Source: a bacterium | GTDB taxonomy: Bacteria; Bacteroidota; Ignavibacteria; UBA10030 | DNA length: 10,781 bases | Direction of reading: 5' to 3' | NCBI GenBank assembly: GCA_043803945.1 | Contig: JAZDJN010000089.1 | Coordinates: 1-10,781, forward strand | Shown here: positions 6,696 through 10,781 of the stretch, piece after piece | How the letters are laid out: the number at the start of each line of letters is the position of its first letter | Position numbering within the stretch: the stretch's first letter is position 1 | Translations under genes and position numbers: made by a program | Notes under the pieces: generated by a model | The model's database searches: none | The model's input: the letters and a program-made list of their open reading frames with translations, nothing else | Told to the model about the DNA's origin: nothing

Positions 6696-6753
6696 GGCTA
6701 TCCAGCGGTTCCCCGCTATAAAGCAGTGGGATTCTCAATTCCACCCTGATTAG
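6696..6753 (+). repeat. attC-like family, copy 4 (left half only); end of array
   Basis: GGCTATC-CAGCG-GTTCCCCGCTATAAAGCAGTGGGATTCTCAATTCCACCCTGATTA aligns to 470-527 and 1809-1866, then similarity stops. Confidence 0.72.
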
Positions 6754-6777
6754 TATCTTTCACCATCACACTATTTC

Positions 6778-9700
6778 ATGAGAACTATGAAACTTCACGC
6801 CCGCCTCCTGATCTTATTCTGTTTCCTATTCCTGTTCGATGGCTGTGCATTCCTGCGTTCAATCACAGGTGGAAATCGCCTTGCAGCGCTCGAAGAGCGA
6901 ACTGCAGAATTAAACGAGCTCATCAAATTGCGCCAGGCGCCTCTCGATATCTCACCACTCGTCCGGATTCAAGACGTAAAGATCGACTCAGCCCGGAATA
7001 AGGTTCTGCTCCGCTTCAACAACGAACTTTCTTACCTGCCCCTTCGTGAAGAATCTGTGCAGCAACTGTACTCATGGGTCACAGAGTTATTCGGAAGTTC
7101 ACTCGACGGATATTCGCTTTCCATAATCTCGCTCAGAAAACCAATTGAAGAGTTGATACCAAATTATTATCGAAAGGATACTTTATCGTACGATCGCACA
7201 AGGCTCGCTAAACCTGCAGCACCGCGCCCCGTACCGGTTGTACAGAATATCAGTAAACCGTTCATCCCAACCAAAGGTTTATTCGGAAAGAACATCGGTC
7301 TCTGGCATAGTCACGGATGGTACTACAATAATGATGTCGACCGCTGGGAATGGCAGCGGCCGCGCCTCTTTACCATGGTGGAAGATTTGCTGCCAATGTC
7401 ATTTACACTTCCTTGCCTCATCCCCATGCTGGAGAATGCGGGTGCCAACGTCTTTGTGCCGAGAGAGCGCGATACTCAAATCCATGAGGTGATTGTCGAT
7501 AACGATTCACAGGAACCGTTCAGATCGCGGATGACGGGGCAATGGATTATTGGAAGTGAAAAAGCATTTAGGGTTGGCAATCCTCCGTACGGCCCCGGCC
7601 TTAATCCCTTCACGCAAGGAACAGACCTTCGCACATCGTCAGAGAAAGACGGCTTGTCAACAATTGAATGGATCCCGGCTATCCCCGAAACCGGTTTCTA
7701 TGCTGTGTATCTTTCCTATGTCGCCTCTGAATCAAGCTGCACTGACGCACATTATGCAGTTCATCATCTTGGCGGAGTCACAGAGTTTAGAGTGAATCAG
7801 CAGATCGGCGGAAACACCTGGCAATACCTTGGCCAGTTCAAATTTGAGCAGGGAACACACAGCCAGAACGGAAAGGTTGTTTTATCGAATCGCAGTGAAA
7901 CTCCAGGCAAGAGCATTTCGGCCGATGCTGTCCGTTTTGGCGGAGGGATGGGTGTTATCGCGCGGAATGGCTCAACCAGCGGGCGGCCAAAATTTGTCGA
8001 AGGAAGCCGCTACTATCTTCAATATGCCGGCATGCCCGATTCGCTGGTGTTTAATTTCAGCAATGAGAGAAATGATTATCGGGATGATTATCAAAGCCGG
8101 GCTGAGTACCTGAATTACCTTACCGGTGCACCCTCCGGCCCAAATAAAAATCGGGCAATGAAAGGATTAGGAATTCCAATCGATCTCTCACTCGCATTTC
8201 ACACCGATGCAGGAATCACCAATAACGATACGACGATCGGCACGCTGACGATCTATACCGTCGAATCGACAGATAACGCTCTTGCATTTCCCGACAGCGT
8301 TTCGCGATATGCCAATCGCGACCTCGCCGATCTCGTGCAGACTCAAATCGTCAGCGATCTCCGGGCAAAGTACGATCCCGCCTGGTCGAGGCGGCAGTTA
8401 CGGAACGCCGATTACAGTGAATCACGCAGGCCAAATATTCCTTCCGTGCTTGTGGAGCTCCTTTCGCATCAGAATTTTCTTGATATGAAGTTCGTGCTTG
8501 ATCCGCGCTTTCGCTTCGATGTCTCACGGGCAATGTACAAAGCCATTGTAAAATTTCTTGCGACGCAGCACCGCACCTCCTATTGCATTCAGCCGTTGCC
8601 GGTTACTCATTTCAGTTCCGAGTTCAATACAAATGGCAACCTCTTGCTCCGGTGGAAACCTCAATCCGATCCACTCGAACCAACGGCAAGACCAACCCGG
8701 TATATTGTCTATTCCCGGATTGACGATGGAGGGTTTGACAATGGACGATTGACCGACACCACGTTTGCTCTCATCAAGGATATTCAACCCGGACAGATCT
8801 ACAGTTTCAAAGTCACCGGAGTAAACGAAGGGGGTGAAAGTTTCCCATCGGAAATTCTTGCTGCATGCAAAGGATCCTCAGGCGGATCTCCGGTACTCAT
8901 CGTGAATGGATTCGATCGAATCTCCGGACCTGCAGCCGTGGACGCACCCGAATTCAAGGGATTTTTAACCGACCTCGATGCCGGTGTACCCGACAAGTAT
9001 GATATCGGCACCACCGGAGTGCAGCACGACTTTATTCGAACCTCGACATTTCGAACCAACGATGGCCCTGGGCATGGAGCCAGTTACGGTGACCGTGAAG
9101 GTACGATAAGTGCCGGGAATACATTTGACTATCCTTATCTTCACGGCCTCTCACTGCGTGCAGCCGGACTTTCCTTTGTCTCGGCAAGCGATGAAGCAGT
9201 AATGGATTCTCTGGTTGATATGAAACAGTACCGTTTTGTTGATTTAATCCTTGGGAAGGAAAAAAAAACCCGTTGGCCCAAAGCCGCGGCAGACACCTTG
9301 CGGGGAATCCAATTCGAAGCCTTTCCGCCGAAATTGCAGTCGACGATCAAGGCATACTGCTTATCCGGCGGGAATCTGTTCGTCTCCGGCGCATACATCG
9401 GAAGCGATCTTTTTTCTGCTCCCCCACCCGACAGCACGGGCATTCGCTTTGGGAGGGAGACTTTGAAGTTCAACTGGCTGACAGATCATGCTGCCAAAAC
9501 GGGAGCTGTCTATTCTACGGAGCCGGCGTTTCTGCCAAAGGGATTTATACTTGAATTCACCACCGAATTGAATGAGCGTATGGTTCGGATAGAGTCGCCT
9601 GATGCATTGGTTCCAGTGCAGGGTGCCCGGCAGCTTCTTCGCTATGCCGAAAACCAATTCGGAGCCGGTGTTGGTTTTAAGAAAGAGTACGGTGTTGTTG

Positions 9701-9792
9701 CGCTTGGATTTCCCTTTGAGACGATTACCCTGCAATCCAAACGCGATGCCTTGATGAAGGCAGTCATCTCCTATCTGAACATCGCACGGTAA
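6778..9792 (+). CDS. Large exported protein (possible lipoprotein): amidase_3-like domain with inserted golvesin/Xly-CBD-like domain, FN3 and a C-terminal alpha/beta domain (family often labelled 'xanthan lyase')
   Basis: 1004-aa ORF with a signal peptide ending FDG-C. Amidase-type motifs WHSHG, VEDL, SLAFHTDAG and VLVELLSH; golvesin-like W.P.IPETG.YAVY...VNQQIGG..W.YLG.F.F...ADAVRFG; FN3 LRWKP...YSFKVTGVNEGGES. Confidence 0.85.
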   Translation: MRTMKLHARLLILFCFLFLFDGCAFLRSITGGNRLAALEERTAELNELIKLRQAPLDISPLVRIQDVKIDSARNKVLLRFNNELSYLPLREESVQQLYSWVTELFGSSLDGYSLSIISLRKPIEELIPNYYRKDTLSYDRTRLAKPAAPRPVPVVQNISKPFIPTKGLFGKNIGLWHSHGWYYNNDVDRWEWQRPRLFTMVEDLLPMSFTLPCLIPMLENAGANVFVPRERDTQIHEVIVDNDSQEPFRSRMTGQWIIGSEKAFRVGNPPYGPGLNPFTQGTDLRTSSEKDGLSTIEWIPAIPETGFYAVYLSYVASESSCTDAHYAVHHLGGVTEFRVNQQIGGNTWQYLGQFKFEQGTHSQNGKVVLSNRSETPGKSISADAVRFGGGMGVIARNGSTSGRPKFVEGSRYYLQYAGMPDSLVFNFSNERNDYRDDYQSRAEYLNYLTGAPSGPNKNRAMKGLGIPIDLSLAFHTDAGITNNDTTIGTLTIYTVESTDNALAFPDSVSRYANRDLADLVQTQIVSDLRAKYDPAWSRRQLRNADYSESRRPNIPSVLVELLSHQNFLDMKFVLDPRFRFDVSRAMYKAIVKFLATQHRTSYCIQPLPVTHFSSEFNTNGNLLLRWKPQSDPLEPTARPTRYIVYSRIDDGGFDNGRLTDTTFALIKDIQPGQIYSFKVTGVNEGGESFPSEILAACKGSSGGSPVLIVNGFDRISGPAAVDAPEFKGFLTDLDAGVPDKYDIGTTGVQHDFIRTSTFRTNDGPGHGASYGDREGTISAGNTFDYPYLHGLSLRAAGLSFVSASDEAVMDSLVDMKQYRFVDLILGKEKKTRWPKAAADTLRGIQFEAFPPKLQSTIKAYCLSGGNLFVSGAYIGSDLFSAPPPDSTGIRFGRETLKFNWLTDHAAKTGAVYSTEPAFLPKGFILEFTTELNERMVRIESPDALVPVQGARQLLRYAENQFGAGVGFKKEYGVVALGFPFETITLQSKRDALMKAVISYLNIAR

Positions 9793-9844
9793 TCGTATCG
9801 GTTTGTACTTATCTCTGATTTTGAATTTATTTTCATTGAAAAGC

Positions 9845-10640
9845 TTATAAAGAAAGTGGAAGGATCAATTCGAAATCAATATTTGCGCCCATGGCTTTCA
9901 TTTGAGGGCTGAAATAGGCAAGAGCCAGTGCAGTGAGCCCCCCGATCATGAGATAGCGGGGGATGCTTACCACGATGACACTGAATCCGTTCATGATCGC
10001 TGCTTCTCTGGGATTCTTTGCGGCAAAAATTCGCTGCAAGCTTTGTGTAGCCACGGGTCCAGCCGCGCTCACAAACAATCCTTTGAATAAGGCCATTGTA
10101 ATAAAGATGGTGAACAACGAATAACCGTCACCGGCAATTTTTGTGTTCACCGAGTCCATGATGCCAGACCAATCCAGATTCAATTTCCATCCAAACCAGA
10201 TACTTCCCCAGCCGGCTGGGGTTGCCGCTGCGATCATCTCCGGGGAGACATTACTCATTGCGATGACAACAATCACGATGGCGGAGATGGTCATCAGGAT
10301 GTACTGCAGAATATCTGTGAGGACGACACCGAACATACCGCCATGGACAACATAGATACCGGTCATAAGAGTGATGATGGTTGCATAGACATGAGGCGAC
10401 CAATCCCACGGCATGAAGATGTTGGCAAACTTCCCGATACCCACAAAACCGTAGCTGAGGAAACCGATGATGGAGATGATCGAGAAGATGACGACAACAA
10501 GATGTGCCAGTTTTCCTCCAGTTGTTTCCTGGTCAAACCTCGTTGTAATCCACTCGGCGCCGGTCATGGCATTCGATCGGCGCAGCCAGATTGCGATGTA
10601 CACCATCATGAAAATTTGATTGAAGAGCGGCCAGATCCAT
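9845..10640 (-). pseudogene. Sodium:solute symporter (SSS) family internal fragment, cut at 5' by an IS end and truncated at 3'
   Basis: WIWPLFNQIF, WLRRS..MTGAEWI..RF, GGMFGVVLTDILQY and QRIFAAKNPREA motifs. Only ~265 codons remain; the N-terminal helices and C-terminal half are missing. The ORF-track start (10654) lies inside the IS end. Confidence 0.85.
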
Positions 10641-10686
10641 CCCGACTTGTCCAAATTAGTATGACAAGGGGTGTTGTCTTGAAAAT

Positions 10687-10703
10687 CTCGCTGAATTAGC
10701 GAG
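10687..10703 (-). terminator. Short hairpin overlapping the putative transposase stop
   Basis: CTCGCT-5 nt-AGCGAG inverted repeat followed by ATTTTC on the minus strand. Confidence 0.3.
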
Positions 10704-10779
10704 TTATTGCCAATTGTTTTAGGATCTCTTGAATTTCATTGCTGTCGGAAGAGCGAAGAACAAATTCCTCCCCGGTCAA
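10696..10779 (-). CDS. Probable transposase C-terminal fragment (partial)
   Basis: LTGEEFVLRSSDSNEIQEILKQLAITR* resembles the G..F.LRS......I...L.I tail of IS1634/IS4-type transposases. Only 27 residues are visible. Confidence 0.5.
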   Translation of the reverse strand: MTGEEFVLRSSDSNEIQEILKQLAITR

Positions 10780-10781
10780 AC

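Larger units (their letters stand above)
435..6753 (+). mobile_element. Degenerate integron gene-cassette array without integrase in the window (CALIN-like)
   Basis: About ten short co-oriented unrelated ORFs, most starting 15-45 bp after a GTTRRRY-like core (624, 1206, 1928, 2592, 3150, and degenerate 2356, 3945, 4861). Several stop inside an RYYTAAC-like inverse core (1809, 2488, 4359). The RQC cassette ends are near-complementary: GTTAGCCCGTAC (1206) vs GCACGGGTTAAC (1804-1815), 10/12. Confidence 0.85.
10641..10781 (-). mobile_element. Probable IS1634-family right end with transposase C-terminus
   Basis: Terminus CCCGACTTGTCCAAAT (+ strand, 10641) lies exactly where symporter homology stops and matches the left end at 360 at 9/16 positions. 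An open frame stops 55 bp inside the end. Confidence 0.6.

Noticed and set aside
470-6753. CRISPR array or tandem repeat interpretation of the repeated element
   Set aside because: Copies are separated by whole genes (1.2-2.9 kb), not by 30-40 bp spacers, and no cas genes are present.
7238-10699. Short alternative-frame and antisense ORFs within the amidase and symporter genes (likewise those inside the cassette and RM genes)
   Set aside because: They overlap well-supported genes entirely or almost entirely and show no recognisable motifs.
1-10781. Integron integrase, attI/Pc, tRNA or rRNA genes
   Set aside because: No tyrosine-recombinase motifs (R...HxxR...Y) in any ORF, and no cloverleaf or rRNA-like sequence seen.

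Overview
Accessory region of a probable Bacteroidota/Ignavibacteria-type bacterium (inferred from gene content only), bounded at both edges by IS1634-family sequence. The left edge holds a transposase N-terminus and left end (1-360, minus strand). The right edge holds a probable transposase C-terminus and right end (10641-10781, minus strand). Between about 435 and 6753 lies a decaying integron-type gene-cassette array on the + strand with no integrase in the window (CALIN-like). It carries a membrane-protein/SAM-methyltransferase chimeric pseudogene, an RQC-domain protein, two small membrane ORFs, a lipoprotein, a CPBP/CAAX protease, a VOC/glyoxalase, a GIY-YIG protein, and an XhoI/PaeR7I-family restriction-modification pair whose nuclease has one in-frame TAG. 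The most unusual signal is a 4-copy family of attC-like sites (two complete, 161 and 126 bp; two partial) with non-canonical but complementary L boxes (GCTCCCCG/CGGGAGC) and nested internal hairpins. Other junctions are collapsed attC remnants. After the array come a 1004-aa amidase/golvesin/FN3 protein and a sodium:solute symporter fragment truncated at both ends. All family calls come from motif recognition by eye; no searches were run.
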